NCBI GenBank assembly: GCA_039588295.1
Contig: JBDHAB010000006.1
Coordinates: 128,001-192,000 of the forward strand
Direction of reading: 5' to 3'
Source: Gemmatimonadota bacterium
Lineage (GTDB): Bacteria; Gemmatimonadota; Gemmatimonadetes; Gemmatimonadales; GWC2-71-9
Length of the DNA stretch: 64,000 nt
Below, in pieces: positions 18,386 through 26,861 of the stretch. The position numbers and the translations under genes are program-made. The stretch's first letter is position 1, and each line of letters starts with the position of its first letter. The notes beneath the pieces were generated by a model that saw only the letters and a list, made by a program, of their open reading frames with translations, was not told the origin of the DNA and did not search any database.

Positions 18386-19146
18386 GACCCACTCTCGAGG
18401 TGGCGAAGACTGAAGATCTCGTCCGCTATGGCCACGTTGAAGCGGATGTCCAGCACTTGGAGTGTGGTGCGTGTGTCGGCCTGCAGTGCATTGTCGAGCT
18501 CGATCCGGAACGGATACCACCGATCTCCGACGCGGCGTACGTCGCCGAACTCCGCTGTCTTGAGCAGCTTGCCGCTCCGGGCAAACCACTCCTCCTTGAG
18601 GGGTACCAGGCGCTCCATGTCCACCCACACACGCCGCCCGGGATACGAGAGATCCGCGCGTCGCGCGGTGAGATACAGGACGTACGCCTGGCGGCCTTCC
18701 AGCGTGTCACGACGTTCGATCGTGGCATCGTAGTCCTCTGCCATGCTGGGGTTCTCGCTGGCGTCACCGTACGAGAAATCGCTGCCCATCAAGCCCTGCC
18801 GCAGCATGTGTCCCTGGATCCGCACGCTCTTGCCGACTCGTGGGAGGAAGATCCACATCGCGTTGCCACGACGGAGGAACCGGCTGCCGGCGTCCCGTGC
18901 CGGAGCGGTGAACTCCATGAACGCCTGGTCCGTACCCAGCGACCACGATTCGAATGTGAGGTCGCGAACGTCCCCTTCGCGGTAGGTGATCGACATCCGG
19001 GCGGTCAGCCTGGCCGTCGTGACCGTCATGTTGGCGTCGACCCGGTCCAGGACTTCCCGTGCCGTGAGTTGGGCGTGGGACGGTGTCGCAGTGCTCACCC
19101 AAAGAGCGAGCGCCGCGACCGTGGCGTGGCGAAGCTCGGTCGGCAT
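18382..19146 (-). CDS. LolA-like outer membrane lipoprotein-sorting protein
   Basis: Signal peptide, F.AP.RD.G..FL, MGSDFSYGD, SGKLLKT. Confidence 0.85.
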   Translation of the reverse strand: MPTELRHATVAALALWVSTATPSHAQLTAREVLDRVDANMTVTTARLTARMSITYREGDVRDLTFESWSLGTDQAFMEFTAPARDAGSRFLRRGNAMWIFLPRVGKSVRIQGHMLRQGLMGSDFSYGDASENPSMAEDYDATIERRDTLEGRQAYVLYLTARRADLSYPGRRVWVDMERLVPLKEEWFARSGKLLKTAEFGDVRRVGDRWYPFRIELDNALQADTRTTLQVLDIRFNVAIADEIFSLRHLESGS

Positions 19147-19156
19147 GCTACCTCCC

Positions 19157-20404
19157 CTATGCTCTGAGGGACTCTGCGGGCGACCTCCGAACGGCCCGCC
19201 AAGCCGGGTACAACGTGGCCAGCGCTGCGGCAAGGACACCTGAGGCTATGGTCACGAGTGCGAACGTCGGCCTCCAGTCGGGGTAAAGCCGTCCCTGGAA
19301 TGGCATGTCGACTGCACGCGCAGCCCCAGCTACGCTGATGCCCGTCTGCTCGAGCCATACCGCGAACAGCGTACCAATCACCCCACCAACGACGGCTCCG
19401 AGGAGGCCGATCAGACTTCCTTCGGCCAAGATCAGTTTCACGATGTCCCTGCGTCGCATGCCGAGTGCCGCGTACATCCCGTACTCACGCATCCGCTCCA
19501 TGACGGTCATGAGCATGGTGTTCACGATGACGAGACACGCCATCGTGAGCAGGATCAGGAAGAACACCGCCAAAATCGGCTGCATCATATCGAGCATCCG
19601 CACCAACTGGCCCTGGTCATGCCATGACAGAACCTCGATCTCTTTGAACTCGGGAGACAGCGCCTTGCGAAGCTCCTCCGCCAGGCCCTGTGCATGTGTG
19701 TGATCGTCGGCGAACACCACGATCTCTGTGGTAGCGTCTTGCAGATCCACCATTGATTGCGCCTGGTCCAGTGGTGCGATGAGGAACGTGTTGTCCAAGT
19801 ACGGGATTCCCGAGGAGGCGAGGCCGGTCACCACGAGGCGTGCCCCTCCCAACGAGCGGTACGCAGTCTGGCTCAACAAGGTCAATGTGTCGCCGATCCC
19901 AACACCGAGCTTCTCCGCGAACTCGGCGCCGACCAAGACCTCCGGACTCCCAGCGCGGGGCAACCGGCCACTCGCGGTCATGGCCTGGGGGCCGAGATAT
20001 CGCTCCTCTCTCGAGAGATCCACGCCGAGCAGTAATCCGGGGCGGTTGACGCTCGCGCCGTCCACCAGGGCAGCCAGCCTGATGCGTGGGAGCGCCTCGG
20101 TCACGCCGGGGTGACCGCGAACGATCTCCAACATCTCGGAGAGGCGTCGCATGTTCAGGTGCACGGGCAGGAACCGCTCGCGCTCAGTGTATCCCTCGTG
20201 CCGGATCCGCACGTGGCCCGACTCCAGCCGAGCGTAGCTGTCGAGCAAGTTGCCGATGATGCCGGTCAGGTGGGCGAGGCCGTAGGTGAGTGCGGCCACC
20301 GCCACCATGATGGCGGATAGGGTGAGGAGGGTGCGCCGGGTGTTGCGTCGCGCGTTCCGCAACGCGAGGCGGACAAGTGGGATACGGCGCTTCCGATCAG
20401 ACAT
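19157..20404 (-). CDS. ABC transporter permease, FtsX/LolE/MacB type
   Basis: LALRNARRNTRRT, NTMLMTVMERMREYG, YPAWRA...P.ESLR. Confidence 0.9.
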   Translation of the reverse strand: MSDRKRRIPLVRLALRNARRNTRRTLLTLSAIMVAVAALTYGLAHLTGIIGNLLDSYARLESGHVRIRHEGYTERERFLPVHLNMRRLSEMLEIVRGHPGVTEALPRIRLAALVDGASVNRPGLLLGVDLSREERYLGPQAMTASGRLPRAGSPEVLVGAEFAEKLGVGIGDTLTLLSQTAYRSLGGARLVVTGLASSGIPYLDNTFLIAPLDQAQSMVDLQDATTEIVVFADDHTHAQGLAEELRKALSPEFKEIEVLSWHDQGQLVRMLDMMQPILAVFFLILLTMACLVIVNTMLMTVMERMREYGMYAALGMRRRDIVKLILAEGSLIGLLGAVVGGVIGTLFAVWLEQTGISVAGAARAVDMPFQGRLYPDWRPTFALVTIASGVLAAALATLYPAWRAVRRSPAESLRA

Positions 20405-21668
20405 GGCGAAGCGCCTCCACGGGGTCCTGGCGACTCGCCCGCACCGCTGGGTACAGTGATGCGATGGCCGCGAGGGCGCCCGTCCCCAACCAGCACCCGA
20501 GTACGAGACCCGCACTGATCGCGGGATAGAGGACGTCCTTTACGGGGTAGCCGAGGTCCATGTCACCGTAGAGGGCGTTGAGGTCGATGCCCACGGACGC
20601 GAAGTACCCGATGATGGCGAGCGCCACGGCCGAGCCAAGAGCGCCACCCAGGAGGCCTGTCAGTCCGCCCTCGAGCAGGAAGAGTCGCTGCACGCCGGTA
20701 CCGCGCAGTCCCATGGCCATCATCATTCCGATCTCGCGAGTGCGCTCGAACGCGGCCATCAGCACGGTGTTGGTGACTCCCACCAGTGCGATGACGATGA
20801 AGATGCCGAGCATGACGCCCTGGCCCGTGCGCTTCACTTTCACGAGGGCCATGAAGTCCTGCTCCATCTCCTCCCAACTCTTAACGGTCAGCCCCTCGGC
20901 CTCCATCGCGTCACGCAGTCGACGCAGCGTCGCCGACTCCCTCGCTCGAGCGGCGAAGCGGACTGCGACTTCCGTGGCCGCCGTCTCCATTCCGAGCAGG
21001 TACTGCGCCGTGCGCAGTGGCAGGAGGAAGCTGTTGCGATCGATCAGCGGATTCCCCGTACCCACGAGGCCGACGACGGGGAGGTCGAGCGCTTCATAGG
21101 CACCTGCCTGGGTCTTGGCGAGCACCGTGAGCCAATCGCCCGCCGACACCCCGAACAGCTCGGCGAGGCCGCTCCCGAGGAGCAGACCGTCCTCATCTTC
21201 GGTGAGGTATGTCCCGGCCACGACGGCCTGCGGGATGCGGAACACGTCGGCGTCGCTTCCGGTCACCTGGATCCCGACGCCGAGGCAGGCGATCTGGTCG
21301 ATGCCATCCGACAATCGTGCCGAGAAGGTGAGACGTGGGGTCGTGGCAGCCACTCCATCCACCGATCGCGCCTTTTCCTGGATGCGCTCGAGTTGGCTCA
21401 ACGGGTAATCCAACGGGAATTCGTCTCGCAGTTCGAAGTGCCCGGCGGCATAGAGCTTGGCGTGAGCGGTTTGATACCGGATCAGGTTGTCGAACGACTG
21501 TTGCTCGACGGCGGTGAGGAGCGCCAGGAAACACTGGAACAGGAGCACCGCGATGGCGACCGTCGTCGCCGTGATCCACGTACGGCGCCGGTTGCGTCGG
21601 AGATTGCGCCAAGCCACGCGGACCGTGTGGGCTGTGCTCAGCCTGCCCGGAATGGTCTCACGCGCCAC
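20397..21668 (-). CDS. ABC transporter permease, FtsX/LolE/MacB type
   Basis: AWRNLRRNRRRT, NTVLMAAFERTREIG, YPAVRASRQDPVEALR. Confidence 0.9.
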   Translation of the reverse strand: MARETIPGRLSTAHTVRVAWRNLRRNRRRTWITATTVAIAVLLFQCFLALLTAVEQQSFDNLIRYQTAHAKLYAAGHFELRDEFPLDYPLSQLERIQEKARSVDGVAATTPRLTFSARLSDGIDQIACLGVGIQVTGSDADVFRIPQAVVAGTYLTEDEDGLLLGSGLAELFGVSAGDWLTVLAKTQAGAYEALDLPVVGLVGTGNPLIDRNSFLLPLRTAQYLLGMETAATEVAVRFAARARESATLRRLRDAMEAEGLTVKSWEEMEQDFMALVKVKRTGQGVMLGIFIVIALVGVTNTVLMAAFERTREIGMMMAMGLRGTGVQRLFLLEGGLTGLLGGALGSAVALAIIGYFASVGIDLNALYGDMDLGYPVKDVLYPAISAGLVLGCWLGTGALAAIASLYPAVRASRQDPVEALRHV

Positions 21669-22368
21669 GACGGCCTCCGTTGCGCCGCTTGTCCGACTCG
21701 ATGCGACCGTCACGCAGCCGTACGAGGCGGTTAGCCCGCTCCATCACCATAGGATCATGGGTCGAGAACACGAACGTGGTCTCATGGCGTTCGTTCATGG
21801 CCTGCATGAGGTCCATGATCTCCCCGGCGGTTGTGCTGTCGAGGTTTGCCGTGGGCTCGTCAGCGAGCACCAGGGTCGGCCCCTTGACCAAGGCGCGCGC
21901 GATGCCGACCCGCTGTTGCTGTCCCCCGCTGAGTTCGGTTGGCCGCCGGTCGGCCAGGTCGCCCAGGCCGACTTCCTCGAGCATGCGCTGCACGCGGGTT
22001 TTGCGCTCCGCTGGGTCTGCGATCCCGTGAAGCTGCAGCGGTAGCTCCACGTTCTCCTCCACGGTGAGGACGGGTACGAGGTTGAACGTCTGAAACACGA
22101 ACCCGAGGTGGGTATTACGGAAATCGGCCAGGGTCTTAGCGGAGAGGCCCTCCGTCGACTGCTCGCCGATCCAGATTGACCCGCCTGTGGGCGTGTCGAG
22201 TGCGCCGAGGAGGTTGAGAATCGTGGTCTTGCCGGATCCCGATGGCCCGGCAATGGAGAGAAACGCGCCGGCCTCGATGTCGAGGCTCACCCCCCGGACG
22301 GCCTGAACGTCGATGTCGCCCACCCGGTAGACCTTCTTGACGTCGACCAATCGCGCTGCGAGTGCCAT
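21658..22368 (-). CDS. ABC transporter ATP-binding protein, LolD/MacB type
   Basis: Walker A GPSGSGKT, signature LSGGQQQR, Walker B LADEPT, STHD. Confidence 0.95.
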   Translation of the reverse strand: MALAARLVDVKKVYRVGDIDVQAVRGVSLDIEAGAFLSIAGPSGSGKTTILNLLGALDTPTGGSIWIGEQSTEGLSAKTLADFRNTHLGFVFQTFNLVPVLTVEENVELPLQLHGIADPAERKTRVQRMLEEVGLGDLADRRPTELSGGQQQRVGIARALVKGPTLVLADEPTANLDSTTAGEIMDLMQAMNERHETTFVFSTHDPMVMERANRLVRLRDGRIESDKRRNGGRRGA

Positions 22369-22372
22369 CGGT

Positions 22373-22861
22373 TCACTCCTTGAGCACCTTCCGCGGCTGT
22401 CGCCGACGCTCACCACGTTTCCACTGCGTGAGCATGTCGTTCATCTTGTAGGCCGCGAAGTCGTAGAACTCGCGCATCTCTTCGAGTCGGGTCTGCGCGC
22501 TGACGTTGTCTGGATCAACTGCTTCCAGCCCCTCTTGGGCGAGCCGGACCATCTCGTGGACGGTGGAGAGCCGGGCCGCGAGCACGCGCTCGAACGATCC
22601 GGGCAGCATCTCGTAGTAGTCTCGTCGGTCGCCGGGGATGCTCACCTGATGAGTGAGGCCGACCTGCTCACACAGCCGAGCGTTCGTGCTGGCAGACGCC
22701 TTGCTCACCCGAAGGACTTGCACCACGTCATCGAGTGAGACCGGCCGGTCCGCCACCAGGAGCAGACCGAACAACCGTCCGAAGGTACGGGTCAGGTTGA
22801 GCCGCTCCATCGCCAGTCCAGTGCGTTCGATGAAGGCCCGGGTTTCCTGATTCAGCTGCAT
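22373..22861 (-). CDS. GbsR/MarR family transcriptional regulator
   Basis: RT.GR..G.LL, SLDD....L.VSKAS.S, GDRRDYY; first gene of the transporter operon. Confidence 0.8.
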   Translation of the reverse strand: MQLNQETRAFIERTGLAMERLNLTRTFGRLFGLLLVADRPVSLDDVVQVLRVSKASASTNARLCEQVGLTHQVSIPGDRRDYYEMLPGSFERVLAARLSTVHEMVRLAQEGLEAVDPDNVSAQTRLEEMREFYDFAAYKMNDMLTQWKRGERRRQPRKVLKE

Positions 22862-22898
22862 GGCATCCTGTCTGACGGCTCGTTTGAGCAAAGGTAAG

Positions 22899-22942
22899 TA
22901 CGTTCAGAATGTTTTGAAAGTTTCAAATAAAAGAAAAGTTCT
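22899..22942 (-). promoter_or_regulatory. AT-rich operator/promoter of the GbsR-LolCDE-like operon
   Basis: Perfect inverted repeat TTTGAAA-G-TTTCAAA (22913-22927) overlapping TTCA-N8-TGAA (22903-22918), in an AT-rich patch of a GC-rich window. Confidence 0.6.
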
Positions 22943-22978
22943 GAGATCGGAATTGCCGGCGCGGGCTGGGAGGTTACC

Positions 22979-24271
22979 TCAGCTGTCTCCGTTGAGTTGG
23001 GAGACGTGGCTCACACGATTGCGGCCCTGGTCCTTTGAATGGTAGAGCGCGCGATCGGCCTCCGTCAGCACCTGCGAGATCCACTCCGAGTCCGGCCGGT
23101 CTTGCGGTCGGGCGAACACCGCGGTTGTGGCACCCACGCTGATCGTGATGCTGCGCTGCGGCCAGGAGGCATCCTCGGTGGCGCGTCGGAACCGCTCGCC
23201 GAGCCGGATCGATCCCGCGGGGTCGGTCTCCGGGAGAACGATTCCGAATTCCTCGCCGCCCAACCGCGCGACGTAGTCGCTGCGGCGCGCGGTATCGCGC
23301 AGGATGCGGGCGAGTTGCCTCATGACTTCGTCGCCCGCGAGATGGCCGTACTGATCGTTGTACGCCTTGAAATAATCGATGTCGAGGATGAGCAGTGACA
23401 GCGGTCGTGAGGTCCGCAGCGCGAATTCCTTCTGGAATCCCAGATGATCGAGAAAAGCGCGGCGATTCCACAACGCGGTCAGGGCATCCGTCGCGGCCAA
23501 TTCCTTCAGTTGGCTGTTCACGGCCTCAATTTCGCGGGACTGCTCGGCAACAAGCTGCTCCGCCAGTTTCCGCTCGGTGAGATCCACGATGGCACTGACC
23601 ACCAGGTTGCCTTCGGACGCGGCTACCGGGTTGAGGCCAATCTCCACCGGCATGGTGGTTCCATCGCGGCGCTGTGCGATGAGATCTCGATGCCGGCCCA
23701 TGGGCCGGACCTGGGGCGCATCCCAGTAGCGCTCGCGGTCCCGCCGATGTTGGGTGCGTGCAGCGTCTGGCACGAGGATCTCGATGGACTGACCGACGAG
23801 CTCCCCGCTGTCGTACCCGAACAGCCGCTCAGTCTCGCGGTTGGCCATCACGATGGTGCCAGTCTCGTTCGCGACCACCATGGCACAGGGCGATGACTGG
23901 ATCGCAAGTCGGAACCGCTCGTGTTGCCGCATGCGATCCGTCAGATCACGAGCAAGCACACACAGGGTTCGGTGGGCAGGATCCGGGTGCAGCGTCCACT
24001 CGAGGTGGCGGAACGTACCATCGGGAGAGCGTAGGCGGCCCTCGAACCTGGTTGCCTCCGCGCCGGCCGCGAGTTTGTCGAATTCCACCGTGATGGTGGG
24101 GACGTCGTCGGGATGCAGGAGGGCGAGCAACCCGTTCCCGATGACCTGATCCGCGCGCCAGCCCGACGTGCGCTCGAACGCCGCATTGACCTGGAGCACC
24201 TCGCGCTCGGCGCCGAGAAGGCAGAGCACGTCGGGTGAGGCGTCAAAGAGCCTGGCGAAGTCGAACTGCAT
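22979..24271 (-). CDS. PAS-PAS-GGDEF diguanylate cyclase
   Basis: Two PAS domains, D.LT.L.NRR, DIDYFK..ND.YGH..GD, RRSD I-site, RLGGEEF. ATG at 24271 with GGAGG. Confidence 0.92.
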   Translation of the reverse strand: MQFDFARLFDASPDVLCLLGAEREVLQVNAAFERTSGWRADQVIGNGLLALLHPDDVPTITVEFDKLAAGAEATRFEGRLRSPDGTFRHLEWTLHPDPAHRTLCVLARDLTDRMRQHERFRLAIQSSPCAMVVANETGTIVMANRETERLFGYDSGELVGQSIEILVPDAARTQHRRDRERYWDAPQVRPMGRHRDLIAQRRDGTTMPVEIGLNPVAASEGNLVVSAIVDLTERKLAEQLVAEQSREIEAVNSQLKELAATDALTALWNRRAFLDHLGFQKEFALRTSRPLSLLILDIDYFKAYNDQYGHLAGDEVMRQLARILRDTARRSDYVARLGGEEFGIVLPETDPAGSIRLGERFRRATEDASWPQRSITISVGATTAVFARPQDRPDSEWISQVLTEADRALYHSKDQGRNRVSHVSQLNGDS

Positions 24272-24530
24272 GCGTCGTTCCTCCAGACTGCCCCCCGGAA
24301 GCCTGACGGCCGTTCTCTTCATTAGATAGGACATGCCGCGGATTGGCGCCAGTCCCCATTGGAGTCGGCCGATCGTCGCTCCAGGCTCCGGTCCGTCGTC
24401 CACCCTGCGTCGTGGTGGTCGAGAATGGGTCCGATTGGCTATCCTTCAACACAATTGACAGGACCTCCTGTGCCTCCGGGCTGTTGGGGACGAAGGACGT
24501 GACGCGTCGAGGAAGCGAGGACACACCACC

Positions 24531-25883
24531 ATGCCAGCGTTTGAGCACGTAAAGGTTCCCCAGGGGGACCTGATCACAATTGAGGGCGGTCGCCCGGTCG
24601 TCGGGGACCATCCGATCATCGGTTCGCTGCGCGGCGACGGGATCGGACTGGATATCACGCCAACGATGCAGAATGTGGTGGGGGCAGCGGTCGACCGTGC
24701 GTACGGCGGCAAGCGCGCCATCATCTGGTGCCCGCTCTTCGCCGGGCTCGAGGGGTTGCGCACGTATGGCAAGGTGCTTCCCGAGGAGACCATCGAGGCG
24801 ATCAAGTATCTCAAAGTCGCGATCAAAGGTCCCTTTACCACCCCAATCGGTGAAGAGACCCACGTGTGCCTGAACTGCGCGCACCAACAGTATCACGCCG
24901 GCACATGCGATAATTGCGGCAAGACGGATACGGTCACCGAGCGGTATCGCTCGATCAACGTCGGGCTTCGCCAAGCGATGGATCTGTTCGCGTGTGTGAG
25001 ACCCGTCCGGTACTTCGATGGTGTACCGGCACCGAACAAGTACGCCGACCGTGTGGACTTCGTGATCTTTCGAGAGAACACGGAGGACGTCTACGCCGGC
25101 CACGATTTCGAACGGGGCTCGGCGGTGGCCCGGGCGATCATCGACCTGATCAAGGAACGCACGGGCCGGCAGATCCGGGCGGACAGCGGCATCGGGGTGA
25201 AGCCGATTTCGGTCACCGGCACGAAGCGCCTCGTTCGCATGGCGTGCCAGTGGGCGATCACGCAAGACCTCCCCTCGGTGACGTTGGTGCATAAGGGCAA
25301 CATCATGAAGTTCACCGAGGGGTCGTTTGCGAAGTGGGGTTACGAGGTCGCGGCGGAGGAATTCGGCGACAGATTCGTGACCGAGAAACGCCTTTGGGAG
25401 GAGCTGGATGGCAAGCTGCCCGACGGCAAGATTCTCCTCAAAGACCGGATCGCCGACTCCATTTTCCAGCAGATTCAAACGCGTCCCGATGAGTACAGTG
25501 TGTTCGCGCTGCCCAATCTGAATGGCGATTACCTCTCCGATGCGGCGATCGCGTTGGTTGGCGGACTGGGGCTCGGGCCCGGTGCCAACATTGGAACCGA
25601 GGTCGCACTCTTCGAAGCGACGCATGGCACGGCGCCGAAATACACTGGTATGGACAAGGTGAATCCCGGCTCACTGATCCTGTCTGCGGTGATGATGCTG
25701 CATCACATGGGATGGAACGAGGCGGCGGACCTCATCGTGCACGGGATGCAACAGGCCATCAAGGACAGACACGTGACCTACGACTTGGCCCGTCTCATGA
25801 AGGGCGAGGGCCGAACCGATGTGACCGAAGTATCCTGTTCCGGCTTCGGAGAGGCGATCATCGCAAGGATGGAATCGGCGTAG
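24531..25883 (+). CDS. icd: NADP-dependent isocitrate dehydrogenase (E. coli type) with a Cys4 insertion
   Basis: GDGIG, KGPFTTP, RSINV.LRQ, FRENTEDVY, VHKGNIMKFTEG, NLNGDYLSD, FEATHGTAPKY. Confidence 0.93.
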   Translation: MPAFEHVKVPQGDLITIEGGRPVVGDHPIIGSLRGDGIGLDITPTMQNVVGAAVDRAYGGKRAIIWCPLFAGLEGLRTYGKVLPEETIEAIKYLKVAIKGPFTTPIGEETHVCLNCAHQQYHAGTCDNCGKTDTVTERYRSINVGLRQAMDLFACVRPVRYFDGVPAPNKYADRVDFVIFRENTEDVYAGHDFERGSAVARAIIDLIKERTGRQIRADSGIGVKPISVTGTKRLVRMACQWAITQDLPSVTLVHKGNIMKFTEGSFAKWGYEVAAEEFGDRFVTEKRLWEELDGKLPDGKILLKDRIADSIFQQIQTRPDEYSVFALPNLNGDYLSDAAIALVGGLGLGPGANIGTEVALFEATHGTAPKYTGMDKVNPGSLILSAVMMLHHMGWNEAADLIVHGMQQAIKDRHVTYDLARLMKGEGRTDVTEVSCSGFGEAIIARMESA

Positions 25884-25922
25884 CGACCCGCCCCCATCGA
25901 CGGGGGTAAAGGGGGAGCCCCG

Positions 25923-25961
25923 GAGCCCCGGAGCCGCGGAGGTCGGTGGCTGCGGGGCTTC
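25923..25961 (+). terminator. Hairpin downstream of icd
   Basis: GAGCCCCGGAGCCGC...GTGGCTGCGGGGCTTC imperfect stem with a weak U tract. Confidence 0.4.
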
Positions 25962-26050
25962 GTGTCTCTAGCCGGCGGGACACGAGACCCGGAATGACCG
26001 GAACCCAGAGAGGCCCACCCGGTATTCACAGTATTCGCGTGTTGGACCCT

Positions 26051-26857
26051 TTGACCACTGAGGACCTCCTGTCCCGAGCCGCCGCCCTGTCCGTTCTTGG
26101 CCTCGTGAGTGCCGCGGTGCTCTTCGCGGACCGTCCCGGACGGGCACCAGGGTCCGGAGGGCACCTGACGGCTGGGCAGGACACGGCCGTCGCACCACTA
26201 GGACGGTCATTCTACTTCACGAGGGTCGCGTACGGTGACTTGCTGCGTGGCCGGCGCGGGAGTTGGGCGACCGATTATCCCAAAGCCGACCGGCAGTTTC
26301 TCATCGGACTGCGACACCTCACCACCATCGACGCCTACGAGTTCGAGAACCCGATTCGCCTTGAGGACCCGCACCTGCGGCGGTTTCCCATCGTGTATGC
26401 GCTCGAAGTCGGGTACATGTCCCTCACGGATCCGGAAATCGTGGGCTTGCGGGAGTATCTTCTCGCCGGCGGACTCCTCGTAATCGACGATTTCTGGGGA
26501 ACCCGAGAGTGGGCCAACTTCGAATCGCAAATTCGGCGGGTATTGCCGGAGTACGTCATCGTCGACATTCCTCTGGATCATCCGTTGCTCCGCTCCTTCT
26601 ATCAGATCGACTCGATCCTCCAGGTGCCGGGACGCGGCGGTGGCATTGGCACTCGGCCGACGTGGCAGTACGACGGCTATGAGCCGGCGCTTCGCGGTAT
26701 CTTCGATGATCAAGGCCGGCTACTGGTCGCCATCAACTGGAACACCGATTTGGGGGATGCCTGGGAGTGGGCGGAGGATCCATGGTATCCCCTGCAATTC
26801 TCCAATTTCGCGTACCAACTGGGCGTGAACATGATTGTCTATGGCATGAGCCACTAG
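26051..26857 (+). CDS. DUF4159 domain protein
   Basis: W.TDYP.AD, LREYLLAGG.L.IDDFWG, HPL..SFY.I, NTDLGDAWE, G.N...Y.MSH. Start uncertain (25994, 26039 or 26051). Confidence 0.8.
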   Translation: MTTEDLLSRAAALSVLGLVSAAVLFADRPGRAPGSGGHLTAGQDTAVAPLGRSFYFTRVAYGDLLRGRRGSWATDYPKADRQFLIGLRHLTTIDAYEFENPIRLEDPHLRRFPIVYALEVGYMSLTDPEIVGLREYLLAGGLLVIDDFWGTREWANFESQIRRVLPEYVIVDIPLDHPLLRSFYQIDSILQVPGRGGGIGTRPTWQYDGYEPALRGIFDDQGRLLVAINWNTDLGDAWEWAEDPWYPLQFSNFAYQLGVNMIVYGMSH

Positions 26858-26861
26858 CACA

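Noticed and set aside
24852..24944. IDH insert as an intein or intron
   Set aside because: Only 31 codons, in frame, with no intein terminal motifs.
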